A DNA stretch of 64,000 bases from Raillietiella orientalis (GCA_036172245.1 JAYWIR010000031.1:310001-374000); one strand, 5' to 3'; shown: positions 1 through 12,620, counted from the stretch's first letter. Translations and numbers: made by a program. The notes: generated by a model from the sequence alone, not told the origin.

Positions 1-2255
1 CCCCTGATCAGCGCGCGAAAGCGGCGGGCCAGCTGGAGGCGGGGATCTCCCCTTGGAGGATACCCTGGGGGCACGGAATCTTCTCATGGGGTTCTTCTCC
101 CCGTCGCACTGCCTTCTCCAGGAGACGGGGGGAAGAAGGAGGACGCGTGGTCCTCAAGAGTCCAGGGGTGTATCTCGCGTAAACCGCTGGGTGAGCTCGC
201 GTGTGGGAGGCGCCCACTCGTTCACGGGAGAGACCGGCGGCCGTCGTCCCGTAGTCGCAGTGTGGCTCCCCTCGGTACCGCGTGGAACAGTTTGGCAGGG
301 GAAAACGAAGCGCGCGCGTGCGCGCGAGGAATAGGTCCCGAGAGCCGCTCCAGAGATCGTGGCCCAAGGGGTTACTGAAAAGAGCAGCGACGCGCGCGCC
401 TTCTCCGGGCATCCCTGCACGATACGCACGCCTTCTCCCGAGCACCCATGCTTGCCATCCCTCTGGAGAGCACGGAAAGGAAAGAAGGGGGGGATGCTGG
501 AGCCCGATGGAGACGGAAGATGCACGCAATCTTCTAGCCTCCGGGCCGGTGGAACATCGGAGACATCGCGCGGTAGGGAGTGCGGATGGCACCGTGGGGA
601 GTGGCGGAGGCGTGGTAAGACATCCGCCCGCCCGTGTCATGGCCTCTCAGCCACCTTCTTGGGAGGGGCTCCGAACGAACGCATCGCTCCTCCTCCATCC
701 GACCGAGGTCCGCTCCGGACAAGTCGGCTCCACGGTCGGAGCCCGGGGTCCATGCTCTCCACGCCCGCGGGCGCCTCCCACCCTGGGTGCCGAATCTCTC
801 GCAAGCTACGGAAGAGAAGGGTGAGAGGGAGAGCCCTTTCAGGGTGAGAGCGCATAGGTAAACGCCCCTCGCCCCAGACGGCAGCGATGGAGGGGCCGCT
901 GCCGGGGCGAAGACCGTGGGCGGAGCTCGGACGCCTCCAGACGGACGAACGCTGAAAGCGCTCTCAGGGAGGCCGCGTCGCCGCGCCACGCGGATTGGGG
1001 AGCAGAACCTTCACCGAACCCTGTCCGAGCAGGGAGCGCAGGTCGCCGCGCGAGAGACTGCACATCTGGGGCAACATCTGTGCAGCGTCTGCACGGCTGC
1101 GCGGACAGGTGCAGCGCTCGAGAAACACCTCCTTTCTCGAGCGTCACCGTCGCTGCTGTTCCGCTGTTTCCGTCCCATGCGAGCGCATGCACATGAGACG
1201 GAAACAGCGGACCGCGCGCGCGCACAGTCTCCCCGCCCCACCGCCTCATCCCCCGCTTCCTTTCGCCACTTCCGCCACATTCGCGAGACGACTGTTCCGG
1301 GGAGCAGGGCAGAGAAAGAGGGACAGCGGGGGGAGGAAAGGAAGGGTGGGGGATGATGAGGCGGAGCACAGGAAGCGCGCGCGCAGTAGCGTTGTCGCGC
1401 CCCGAGGCTTGTTTCTTCCTCGCCGCCATATGCTCCCTGGATCCAGCATTTATGGCCGGCTCGCTGCTGCCGCGCAGTCCCTCTTGCCCGCTGAGCCCCG
1501 TCGACCACATTCCTCCTTCCCTTTTCCACCATTCCACCACCATCCTGGCTGCCACCTGCGCGGGACCAAAGGTTGGTCAGCTTCTGCTGGGAGACCTCGG
1601 GAAACCGAGAGCGTCGACTTCCCTCTGCCGGCCCGGATTCCAACCGACGACGTTTCCGTCACTTCCTGTCCTGGCTCCTGCTAAATCGCTCCGCACTTGG
1701 GTGGTCCTTGGCCTGCGTCGCCAACGAACCTCCAGGGAAGCTCTCGTATCCAAAGGCTTCCCCCTTCTCTCCCTTCCCCCCATTCTGCAGCTCGAAATCC
1801 ACTCCTTCAGAAAAATCCCCGACTCCAGCTCCTGTCTGCTCGCAGCCAGCCAGCCACGGATCGCACCGAGGCTTTCGAAACGAGTCAGGTGCGCACGATC
1901 CACATGAACGGAGGAGCATTCATTGCTGCTCTGCTCTCTCGAGGAATGCGTTCCGTTGGTTCTGCGTTTTCGCAACGTCAGGCGTTATGCTTATCGGTGG
2001 TTGCCAAATTAACCTCAGGTTCTCATTCACATCCCTTTTATTTGCCACAAGGAATAATCGGCATCGATGTATGGTTGCATCGTTGTTGATCTGTGTATGC
2101 TACAGCCGATCCATGAGGTCATTGAGGCTTCTGGTGAAAGTTGCTGGTGAAAGTTAGACATCTACTGCTACGAAAAAAAAGGGGGGACATACCACACTCT
2201 TCAAAAAGTAGTCCCCCCCCCCCTCATGAATTTCTTCACGACTCTTTTCCAGCCA

Positions 2256-4697
2256 TTACGCCTTCTTCGTGGTCCTTGTTTGCCTTTGTTTCACGAGTGC
2301 TTGTTTTATCCTACTTCTTCCTCTTAGGGCATCAGTAGCGGATACTCTGTTTGCAGCCTCTTCCGCTTCTAGTTTATTTCTTTTTTTCCCCATTGCTGAC
2401 TTAGTCTTGTACCATTTGAGAAACGCTTCCTCCTCGTCTTTATGGATCGGTGTAGCTTTACTTAAAGGGGAGACGAGTTCGCCAAGAGTAAGTGGCTTTT
2501 TGGGAAGCTCTTTGATTCGCTTCGCACTCAGCACTTCTTCGACACTTTGTCTTATAGCTTCTAAAGAATAGCCGTCACTTATCTTAGATAATGACGAAAA
2601 GTCCATTGAAGACAGGACACCATCTGTCAATTTATCAGTCAAAACCTTTTTCCAAAACAAATGACGTAAACTGTAATCAGGCTTGGGGATGAGAATTGTT
2701 CTTTGGTAGGTTTGGTTCAAGCTTTTGGAATCAGCAATCCAAGGAGCAGAGCTCAATCCGACGATCAGAATCCGGTCTTGAGGACCGATGGCTTTCACAA
2801 TCCGAGGGAGATCCTTCTTCAGACGTTTCGGTTCCGTGCGATCGGAGTGAGGGACTTTTTTCATGAAGGTTTTCTCAGCGTTGTTGATGAGTATTACTGC
2901 AGGCTGGGTTAAACGAGAGACTTTGTTTACGAGATGGACGAGCATCTGCAAACCCGCTTTCCCAGGATACTTTCCTGCAATATTTGAAGCTGTCAGATCG
3001 AATAGTATTGCTCCAGTCTCCGTGCAGATTACATTTACCCACATGTGCTTCCCGCAATCCTTGGGTCCCACGAAAAGAACAGATTTCGTGTAAGGGGATG
3101 CTTCATGCACTGCACTTGACCCAAGGGGTAGGATGCCATACTCCATCACAACTCTCCGTATGTCTCCGGCAGAAGGCAATGCCTCTTTGTGCCGGTTTTG
3201 AGAGTTGTTAAACACGTATCGAGCGTCACCCAGAGTGTCACTTGTGAACACCTTTCTATAAGGTTTGATGATTCCGTTGTCGATAAGCTCCTCAAATAAA
3301 GATTCGAAACTCCTGTCAGGAGTCAAATCCTTGTCCCGGCGCCTTTTCTTACCTTTGACAATGACTTTTTTCTTAGCCTTTTTCTTCAGCTTGGGCTTCT
3401 TCAGTGACTTTCTGTTTTTTCCCCGCTCGAGGGCATCTTTCAAATTCTCCAGCTCCGTCCTCATAGTAACATCTACTTGATCACGTATTTCCCTCCAAAG
3501 TAATACTCTTTTATCGTGACGAATCATGTCTTCATCGGTTTTCTGTAGCTGATTGAGGTGGTCGTCATAGATTTTCCACTTCCTGCGGTATTCCTGACAA
3601 GCTTTCTCTAGCAATGGAAGCAATTTTGACGTTTCCATGACATAGTTGTTTTCATCTCTCTTCTTCTCCTTTTTGGTTATTTTTTCATGTGTGGATTCTT
3701 CTTCCTCTTCTAGTAACTTAGGGTATTGAAAAAGACTCATGGAGCCTCCGACTTCCTCGGACGGGAAGTCCGGAAGGAAACCAGTGGTATTCATTTGATC
3801 CAAGTACCATTCTCTGATTTTATCCTGCAATTCTTCTTTCATATCCTGTGACTCCTGAGCTCTTATTTCCTTTTCGATCCGGGAAAGAGCTTCTTCGTAT
3901 TCTGCTCGGTGAAGGGCTTGTTGCTTCCTTCTCTGAAATTTCAGAAACTCGATTTCTTCGGGCGACGTAGCTGTCTGAGATGGAAGTACACCAAACAATA
4001 TCATCTCCTCACGTCTTTGGTCGTTCACAGCTTTTCGAGCCAGATAACCTCGCCAGAACTTCTGGATGCAAATTGCAGCTTCATCCGGAGTCAGTTTGAT
4101 AGAGACTCTTGTCTGCACGGAGCTCATTTTTTGCTGTTCACGGAAAGCCTTCATAGCTTTTGCTCGGAGTCTGCCTTGTCTTGCTCTTTCAGTTATCTGA
4201 ATAAGCCTGACGGCTTCTTCTTTAGTCATTTGTGATGATTTGGGGAGTTCTGGATGCTTCAGTTTCTCGAGAACTTTTTCCATGTAAGCCTCCCTTTCCC
4301 GGCATGCCTCTTGTGCTTCAAAGTAATAATACTTTGGTACAGGGATTTCAATATCTTTGGGTGTCATTTTCAAGTCTTGAAGTAGATTGTCAAAGCACTG
4401 TATTTCACTAACATCGACATTCGTCATTTCTTGCTTTAGTTCTAGCATCCTGCCGATGACAGCATCCAGCAAGCGGCGAAGAAGAAGCCGCTTTTGAGGA
4501 TGGACAATTTGATCGTAGCACTGATCTAATTTGCGTAGACAACAGATATAGCCGATATAGAGCACACCCAAAATGCGCAACACATTTCTCATCTCATTAT
4601 CGATAAAAGTCTCTCGTAGCAGATTTTCTCTTTGCAGCTGAATTTGCAAATCATGCATGACCTCTTTCCACAATTCGTTATAAAAGGCATGGGACAT
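2256..4697 (-). CDS. IQCA1: IQ and AAA domain-containing protein 1 (dynein regulatory complex subunit 11), single-exon, 813 aa
   Basis: Uninterrupted ORF. Family-like N-terminus (LDQCYDQIVHPQKRLLLRRLLDAVIGRMLELK), IQ motif (AAICIQKFWRGYLARK), DKDLTPDRSFESLFEEL motif and a C-terminal AAA domain (Walker A GPKDCGKH, NIAGKYPGKAGLQM). Confidence 0.93.
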   Translation of the reverse strand: MSHAFYNELWKEVMHDLQIQLQRENLLRETFIDNEMRNVLRILGVLYIGYICCLRKLDQCYDQIVHPQKRLLLRRLLDAVIGRMLELKQEMTNVDVSEIQCFDNLLQDLKMTPKDIEIPVPKYYYFEAQEACREREAYMEKVLEKLKHPELPKSSQMTKEEAVRLIQITERARQGRLRAKAMKAFREQQKMSSVQTRVSIKLTPDEAAICIQKFWRGYLARKAVNDQRREEMILFGVLPSQTATSPEEIEFLKFQRRKQQALHRAEYEEALSRIEKEIRAQESQDMKEELQDKIREWYLDQMNTTGFLPDFPSEEVGGSMSLFQYPKLLEEEEESTHEKITKKEKKRDENNYVMETSKLLPLLEKACQEYRRKWKIYDDHLNQLQKTDEDMIRHDKRVLLWREIRDQVDVTMRTELENLKDALERGKNRKSLKKPKLKKKAKKKVIVKGKKRRRDKDLTPDRSFESLFEELIDNGIIKPYRKVFTSDTLGDARYVFNNSQNRHKEALPSAGDIRRVVMEYGILPLGSSAVHEASPYTKSVLFVGPKDCGKHMWVNVICTETGAILFDLTASNIAGKYPGKAGLQMLVHLVNKVSRLTQPAVILINNAEKTFMKKVPHSDRTEPKRLKKDLPRIVKAIGPQDRILIVGLSSAPWIADSKSLNQTYQRTILIPKPDYSLRHLFWKKVLTDKLTDGVLSSMDFSSLSKISDGYSLEAIRQSVEEVLSAKRIKELPKKPLTLGELVSPLSKATPIHKDEEEAFLKWYKTKSAMGKKRNKLEAEEAANRVSATDALRGRSRIKQALVKQRQTRTTKKA

Positions 4698-4870
4698 TTC
4701 TATGTTAGTAAATTAAGTAATTGGAATTATCGATTTACCGTCGACTAATGCAATCAATTCGACTAACTGCCTTCTGTTGAGCAAAGTTTACATACATACA
4801 TACGTGTACATAACTCACAAAAATCGGTCGTTCGTTCCACAAATGCATCGCCTTTACCCTATCAAGGACA

Positions 4871-4883
4871 GTTGCATAGCAAC
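4871..4883. promoter_or_regulatory. RFX X-box-like element upstream of IQCA1
   Basis: Near-palindrome GTTGCATAGCAAC, 174 bp upstream of the ATG; one mismatch to GTNRCC-N0-3-RGYAAC. Confidence 0.6.
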
Positions 4884-5958
4884 CAATGTTTATTTGGGAG
4901 AATGCCTCCTAGTAGATACGGAAGAAGTGCTTATTTTTCGTTCTTAGTATTTGCTCGGAACGAAAGACGTATATCTCAGTGTTAGAAAGCTGTGGTTGTT
5001 GTTGTTCTTGTTGCCGGTGTTGTCCCGTTTTGATTTTGTTTTTAATCTTTTTTTTTTAAAAAAAAAGAAAGAAAGAAAGAAAGAAACAAGCGTGGTGACT
5101 GATATTGATTAGACTCGCCGAAACGCCTTTGAGTGCTTGAATGAAATTTTTCGTATGTGAAAATGAGAAACGAAGCACAGTACATATGCTGTTTGTTAGG
5201 TAACAGTTTAAAAATGTGAAGCACACAGCCAATGCCTTCCGGCTATCTGATGTTCATCTAGAGGGATTGCCCGTGTTATGTATCCCTTAGCTCCTTCCCG
5301 CACCAAATCGAGGTACAACGCATTCCGTGTGTGTTGAGTACGGAGGGACACCTCATCAGACCCTTGCTGTAATTGCAACTTAATCGTTGCAACTAATTAT
5401 TTTTGTTTTCAAATAGGAATGCCATTCTTGGAGACAAACCGATTAATTGCGCACAAATTTTGTGAAATGAAAAAAGGGATTGGCATCTGAGCAGTGCATC
5501 CATCGCCCACTGATACGGGAAAATTTTTTTTGCTCTTCATCCTTACCGATAAAATGTCCAGTTCTGTTAATACAAGGACTATCCAATACATTAAGGTTAT
5601 TATGGTGCTAAGACAAATGCTGTACAATGACAGAAGAATCAATGACAGGTGGGTGGGTGCGGTGCTTCACTGAATTGCTGATTTCCATCGATGAATCCAG
5701 CCTTTTTCCTCTCTCTTTCACTCTCTCCTCCTTTTCTTGAGCTCATTTATCCGTTGCAATTCTGCAAAGAAGGAATCCACGCAGGGATGCTGCCCGCTCT
5801 CTCGCTCACCCCCTCTTTTTGCTACATGCTTTTATCATGAGCTGTTGGTGATTCAGCTGAATTTTTTTTTTTTTTGCCTTCAGAAACGCTCATTTGGGAC
5901 TTTTTCTCGAAGGATACAAAAGAAGATTGACTATTCGAGTTTTGTATTTTCCATATTT

Positions 5959-8900
5959 CAAGCTTCGTTCGAAAACGAGAAAGCATTCAGGGAAATGCTG
6001 ATATTCTTGATGAATCTCCCACGTCTCCGCCTCATCCGTGCCAATACGCCTTCTACGGGAAAATTTCTGCACCAAGAGAGAGAGAGAGAGAGAAAAAAAG
6101 GTTCTCTATTAGTCTCCGGGGCACCACATCATTGGGAAGCCCACCCCATGCTTCATCCGAGGACTCAGTTTTTGACTTTGGAGATTGCAAGACGCACGCA
6201 TCCCGTCAACACACCCTTGAGAGAGTTGCAGAGAATGCAGCGTTCGCCATCCGAAGTTGCGCACTTCAAGTAGACGTGATTCTTCTCGTGTCTTCTTGGG
6301 CAGATGCCACGTTCCGAGCCGATCACGCCTGGAGCACTCGGCTCGGCGAGCAAGCCATCACTTTGTCACGTGACGAGGATTCGGAATGGGGTGCTGCTCT
6401 TTTCGCTTGAAGGTCCACTTTAGTGCTTCTAGCCAAGGAAGCCAAGTCCGCTGATCCCAACACATGTTCGATAGCCGGCCTTGCAGTGTGACGTCACGCA
6501 GCAGCGGGGACAGACACAGCGCGCCGGACCCCACTTATATTTGCGCTCGCCGACTGAATCCGCGGAGAGACAGCAGGCGGAGCGGATGCCTTTGCGGGGG
6601 AGGGGGAGGAACACGAAGGGTAAAGGCACAGGACGGCACATGGCCTCCAAGAGGATCCGTCCACATGTGTCAGAAACACGGATCGGGGGAATGGACGCCC
6701 GTATCTTCGAGTCCACGTCGTCGATCTGTCCGTTTCTCAAGGATAATGAGGCGCAACTGGAACCGGAACAAACACCCACACTCCGGAGGACGATTCGGGC
6801 ATGAGAAGATGGCTTCTCTCCTCACATCCGGCAGCTTGGTAAAGGGGAAGGTCAAGCTTAGAAACAACCAGGATTCTGTTGTGAGCCGGAGGCGTTGGAG
6901 AATCCAGAGTGCTTGGTTTCGACATCTGGCCGGTCGGAAAGTTCAGCAAGCAGCTGAGTGGAATTGGTTCCGGCTGACAGGCCTCGAGGGTAAGCCCAGA
7001 AAGCCTTGAGGAATCTGAGAACGTGACATCTTCCCGCAAGTGCCACGCAATGGACGCCCGCCCGGCGCGACATTTTGTCGAAAGCGAGGGGGAAGAGAAG
7101 GACGAACAAAGGGTGAAGCACCCTTGTTCCTGTGCTCTCGGAAGTTTTCTGATGGATGGCTGGGCAGGAGGATGCTGAATGGAGGCACTCCGCTTATCTA
7201 GCACAAGCACAGAAGCAGCGGGTGCATGCGTGAAGCAAGAGGAGCCAAAGATCGAAGCGGAGCCATGTTGGTCATCGGCTAGCGGGAGTCCTGTAGTTCT
7301 TATGTGACCACCGAGGACCCTCTGCAGCGCACAGAGTGCAGAGATCCTCCAAGCATGTTACCGTGTCACCGGACATGCAAACAGTGGAGGTGCCTTCTTT
7401 TTCTGCACTCGTCCGGCGTGCCAAGCAGCAGGCGCAGATCGATGGGAGAGAGACTACGCTAAAGAGAAAACGCATCAGAGGAAGTGCTTACGCAGCAGCG
7501 TGAACGTCAGCGTCAAGGCTCGAGGCGCTGAGAAGACCACTTGCCTCTCCCCCCCCCCCCTCTCCCTCCTCGCAGCTGACATGCTTGCCGCTTTTCCCAT
7601 CCTGAAACGAACGCTGTTCAGTCCGCGGTCGGTGCGTTCGTTCCCCGGAGAGCGCGAGTCTTTGACAGCTTCGGGATGCGCGCAGCCTTTCAGGAGACGG
7701 GCAAGGATCACCCTTTTATCTTTTTCCACCCGTGGCGCCTCTAAGGGTCGAAGCTGCGCGTCCGTCGGCGGCGAGAGGAGCGTGGAACTGGCTACACGGC
7801 AACTCCGAAGCCGCCCGGGCGACGAGACCGACGATAACTTCACTTCCTTCTCTCCGGCCTGACAACGCCCTTCCCACGGGATGTTCCCGTCTCCGAAGTG
7901 GGAGGAAGCTGCCCGGATTTCTGGCACCCTCGCTCTGCCGTGGTCTTCGTCAGGGATGGTTCCCAGATGTCCTTCGTCAGTACTGGATCTGTTGGGCGGC
8001 TGACGCTGCGCATCGTCCTCGCTGCCTGGGGCGCCACGGCCTCAGGGGATGTCCTCCTTCGAATTTCCCGGTGTTGTGCTTGTGGCTTCCTGGAGATCTC
8101 TTTGGCGCCCGCGAACGACATCGCCGAGCAAAAACTCGCTCGACCGCCGTTCGCCGCGATCTGGGTCAAGCGGCGCGTCTTCAGAGATCACCGTTGCCGA
8201 CAGAAGGAACCTTTCTCCTCTTCCTCCTTATCGCCCCTCCCCTCCTCACCTCTCGCGCCTAGAAACGGAGCGATCAAGAGTCCGTTTATTCGGAGATGAT
8301 GCCACCCCGAGCGAGATTTCCGCTCCGCTCCGAGTTGACAAGGTTTCCAGCCGCCGCCGCCACCGCTGCCAGACGCTCGCTCCATCACAGGATCGCTCGA
8401 GGAGAGCGCGGCACAGAATAGTCCTTCTGGGTCCATGGCGGAGTTCAAGGCGGCCTCCGAGTTTTCCCGCCCTTTTCGCTCGGCCTTCAGCAGTGCCTCT
8501 AGCGCAGCCTTGAGGAGCCTGCTCTCCCATGCAGCGGCGCATACACGTCTGGGTCGGAATCCCTGCGCTCACCGACGGGGGGCAGTATGAAAGCCAGGGT
8601 ATCTGCGGAAACGTGGCGCCTGCCCACGCGGGACCGACCGAAGTCGTCGACGATCTCCTGGGAGACGGCCGAGAAGGCGTCCAGCGCCGCCCGCATCTCC
8701 CGCAGCTTTCTGTCCAGGACCGCGTCCTGGGGGGGAATCACGACTATGGACGGCGGCGGGGTCCTGGTCCCCCGTCCCGGGAGGGAGAGGAGGGGGGGCG
8801 GAGAATGGGGTCTGGAGGAGGGGCTGTCCGCTCCAGAGGGAAGACTGAGCCGCTTCGGAAAGGCCATGCCGTGCGCGCGCACGTGCCAGTCGGTCCTCTC

Positions 8901-9400
8901 GCACTGCACGGCCCCCTTCCATCCGTTCTCGAATGCCTACCCCACCCCCCCTCTCTCTCTCTGCCATTGTTGGCCTCACGAGGCAGCCGGCCGTGAGCCG
9001 TCCATCCGTGGGCACCGGCAGGGTGGGTGGGTGGCCGCGGCGCAGGCGCGCAGCTGAGACTCTGAGCCACAGACTCTACGCAGCAGGCGACACTCCTCTT
9101 TGCCTTGGGGAGGAAGGGAGGGGAAAGGGGGGCAGAGAGGGAACGACTGTTCCCAGCCTTCCTGCTCCTCTTCCAGAGAGGTTCCGGCTGCGCTCGAGGT
9201 GTTCGCGGGAGTGGAAGGAACTCTGCGGGCTTGATGGCTGAGGCGGGACAAGAGCGTCCCGGAGCCCCGCAGGCGGTCGTCCAGAGGGAAAGAGAGCAGT
9301 CCGGAGAGGCTCCAAGTGCCGCCCCGGAACGAAACGACCGGGTGGCGGAGGCGCCGGCGCAGTGTCTCGAGCGCTCGCTCGGCCGCCGCCGCCGTGCGTG
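5959..9400 (-). other. Possible uncharacterised spliced gene(s); structure and product unresolved
   Basis: Several polypyrimidine-AG acceptors followed by open frames (near 6061 NFPVEGVLARMRRRRGRFIKNISISLNAF*, near 8726 DAVLDRKLREMRAALDAFSAVSQEIVDDF) and a ~50-nt intron-like segment near 6590-6639. No family recognised. Confidence 0.25.
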
Positions 9401-9480
9401 GGGATCCTCGATCGCCCCCCCCCCCTCCCCGTCCGTCCAGAGTCCTCCCGCGTGGAGGGTTGAAGGAGGCAGCCTCAGGA

Positions 9481-10732
9481 CTAGCGTGTATTGTCGGCGG
9501 GTGGCTCTTCCTCCCCGTCCTGCTTCGGCCGGTCTCCGGGGGGGGAAGTGCGCTCGTTCCGCGGCGGTGGAGGCGGGCATCCCCAGCGGCACACGTCGGA
9601 CAGCACCACCAGGCGTAGAAGGCAGCCGGCGTGGACCTGCAGCGCCACGAGCTCCTCGTACCTGGTGCCATACACTCTGGAAGGGAGCTCCCTCATCTCA
9701 GAAGGGACCGAGGGAGAGGGAGGGGTACCTCCGGACGATCTCCGCTAGGTCCATGTGGAGGCAGTTCCATCCGTCGTCCATTACCAGGGGCATGGCGGCC
9801 ACCCACGTGCTCGCCGTGAACCGCCGCCGGTACGTCGCCGCCCGGATGCGCCGCACGACCCCCGCGTGGTCCCGAACCTGCGGGGAAAGGAGAGGAAAGG
9901 TCGACTTCCCCGGGGCTGTGCTGCGCTGCGAGGGAGCTCGGCCACTCCCCGTCGCTCTTGCGAGCGCGGAAGGGAGGGCGGAAGGAGGGTGCGCCCCGGA
10001 GAGCTCCTCAGGAGGCGGAGAGCCTTCTCTGAAGTTCCTCCGAGTGCCCTCTCTGAAAGAGTCGCCCAACGACTCTTTCAGAGAGGAGACGTAGGGGACG
10101 GCGGGAAACAAACAAGCGAATCGGGTCCGCTGCTGCCTCCACGGGAGTCCGTGCACTCCAGGGAGAGAGGCGCGCGGGCAGGGAAATCGCCGCTCCCGTG
10201 CGGACCCGATTCCTCCCTCTTCCCGCTCCTCGCTGTGGAGTCCAGGTCCCCCTGAAAGCGTCCCCCCGAGAACCCGCATCAGAAAGGGCAAGGGACCTCG
10301 TGGCGGGTGATTTCCCCTACCCGTCTCCTTTTTTCTGACCCCTATGGGAAGGGGAGGAGGGCGATTTCCCCCTCAGGTACCCAGTGCGGAAAGCGCGCCC
10401 GTCTCGAGGGCCTCCCTCCACGTCCCGCCTTTCCCCTTCCACCTCACCTCCGCCTGGAACGCGAACTGCTTGCCCACGCCTCGGACGACGATGTGTAGGA
10501 AGGGCAGGCAGATGCCCAGCTTGCGCACCGATCTCCTGGGCGGGATACGCAGGTACGTTTCGCAGACGTTGGGACTGCTCAGCTTCACTGCCGCGCCCTC
10601 CTTCCCGGAGACCACGCGGATGTCACCGCAGCCCACCACTTTCTCCCACTGCTCCAGGAGCGTCCGGTTCGGACCGCGCAGCAGGACGATGTCTCCTCTT
10701 CCGGGAGCGCAACCTCCTTGCGTCTCCTGCAT
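9481..10732 (-). CDS. CFAP20: Divergent CFAP20/DUF667-domain protein, about 209 aa; exons 10448-10732, 9729-9877, 9481-9676
   Basis: Spliced translation tracks CFAP20 motifs: NVCETYLRIP..KLGICLPFLHIVVR..KQFAFQAEV, VVRRIRAATY, MPLVMDDGWNCLHMDL, VYGTRYEELVALQVHAGCLLRLVVLSD. GT-AG introns with consistent phase; CDS 630 nt. Probably a paralogue rather than the canonical orthologue. Confidence 0.85.
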
Positions 10733-10836
10733 GAGGAACGCCTCTTTCAAAGAATCCTCCCGGAGGAGGACGCGGACGTGTCCGCGGACGGAGCAGAGGG
10801 AGGGGCCCGCCCGAAGCGCAGATTCCTTCCTTCGCG

Positions 10837-10849
10837 GTTGCTCGGCAAC
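10837..10849 (-). promoter_or_regulatory. RFX X-box upstream of the CFAP20-like gene
   Basis: GTTGCCGAGCAAC on the minus strand is an exact match to GTNRCC-N1-RGYAAC, 105 bp upstream of the ATG. Confidence 0.65.
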
Positions 10850-12620
10850 GGGCTCCGGCGAGGCTCACCTGGGGGAGGCAGGAAAGGCGGACGCGAGACG
10901 GTTGGAAGGAAGGTCGCAAAGGTTCCCCCCCTCCCACGGGGTTGCTCAGCTTCCTTTTCCTTCCCCCCCATCCCCTTCGTCCCCCACTTCTCCTCCTCCT
11001 CCTCGTCTTCCCGCCCTGGGGTCAGATTGGACCATCCCGAGTCTCTCGCCGCAGCTCCCGGCCGCGAGCACACAGGAACGGGGCAGGAAGTGAGGGGAAC
11101 TTATCCCGGTTGGAAGGGGTGGGGTTACTGGGAAGGAGTGTGCCGCGGTCCACGGACGTCTTCTTCTTCAGCCTCGGGCCTTTCGGAGCAATGGGAACTC
11201 CAGAGGGCTCGTGCACGCCCCCACGCTGGCACCCTCCGGCTGTCAGGAGCGCATCCTGCCCTCGAGGCCGCGTTGGGAAGAGTGCGCGCTCGCCCTCCCG
11301 TTCCTCTTCTTCCCCTCTTCCTTTATCGCTTCTTCAGGGGATACGTGCTGACGGAACCGTCCGTTCCCGGGTTCGCAGTGGGGAATGCGCCGGAGACCCG
11401 GAACGACACACCTCCGGGAATTCCGACGGGAAGATGGGGGGGGGGGGGGTAGGGGTAGGAGCACCTCCCATGCAGTCAATCCATGCAAATCGCAGCCACC
11501 ACCTTCAGGGCAGCGCAGGATCCGGTCGCCGTCTCGGAAGGCTCCCCGGAAGAAGCCTCTGGCCGACAGCTGGTCGCCCGAACCGAAGCGATCGCTAGCG
11601 CGCACCCACGGACTGACCGAAACCCCGAGAAGAGTCGCGACCTACTCTCAAGGTGTCCCAATAGGGACGAGAACCCATGGGCTCTCGCTCCCTGGACTTC
11701 CTTACAGATAGGTGTGCCCGCGTCGGCATCCAGGATTGGCAATGGAAAGGTCGGGTTCGGTCTGTGTTTCACAAGTGCTGCTGGAATTGCTGCGGTCTCT
11801 TTCCTGCATGCCTCCTGCGTGCATCCGCAGTAGGTCCGCACGCCCCTCCGACACCCTCAAAACCAGCCTGCTTCCCTCCATCCAGTCCTCTTTCTTGGAC
11901 TCGGGATGGGTCACCCTTCCACACGAGCAGTCGTCATCCGCCCGCTACGATGTGCAGTCTTCACCTTCAGAACAATCCGCATAGTCGCTCGCTGTCTCTT
12001 GTCCTCCCCATCCACCGAGAACTGGACAGTGGGCAGTCAGGGAGCACACGAAACAAGGCCTCCTCATGTGCGCTTCACTCGGGTGCATACACACAGTACC
12101 GAGACGAAAGGGAGCATGCGGTTTTTCCGATAACACTCTTCCTGCTCTCGGATCGCAGAATCCTTCCCTGTGTATCTCGAAGAATTCCGTGATCGAGTTC
12201 GAATTTTACCCCCATCGTTCGATATCCTCCTGCATCCCTTAAAGACGATTCCTCCTCCCAAAAGAGGCTGACAATTACCCCAAGGCCTTGAGATACAAAA
12301 AAACGAAAAAAGCAAGATGTGCACACGAGGACGGCGAAAACGAACGCAGCTTCGTTGCGAAGGTGAAGAAGGGATGGGCCGACTCGCGAACTGCACGCGA
12401 AGGAAGCTGGAAAGGTTGTGCAGGAAACCGGGAAGGCTGTTGTCCTCTGAAAGGTGCGGTGCAGCACCACTAGTTGGACTGCCACTACGGTTGGTGGTGC
12501 ACGCCGTCATGGATGGCGTGTTGAGATTTACTAAATCACGGTTCCTGCCCGGAATTATAGATAGGGTGCACACTTCTTCGTTCGGGGAAGACATCGCAGC
12601 TGCTTTTGTTTCCTCTCTGC

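Noticed and set aside
1..2157. Many overlapping long ORFs on both strands
   Set aside because: GC-rich sequence gives stop-poor frames; no domain or consistent splice model was found.
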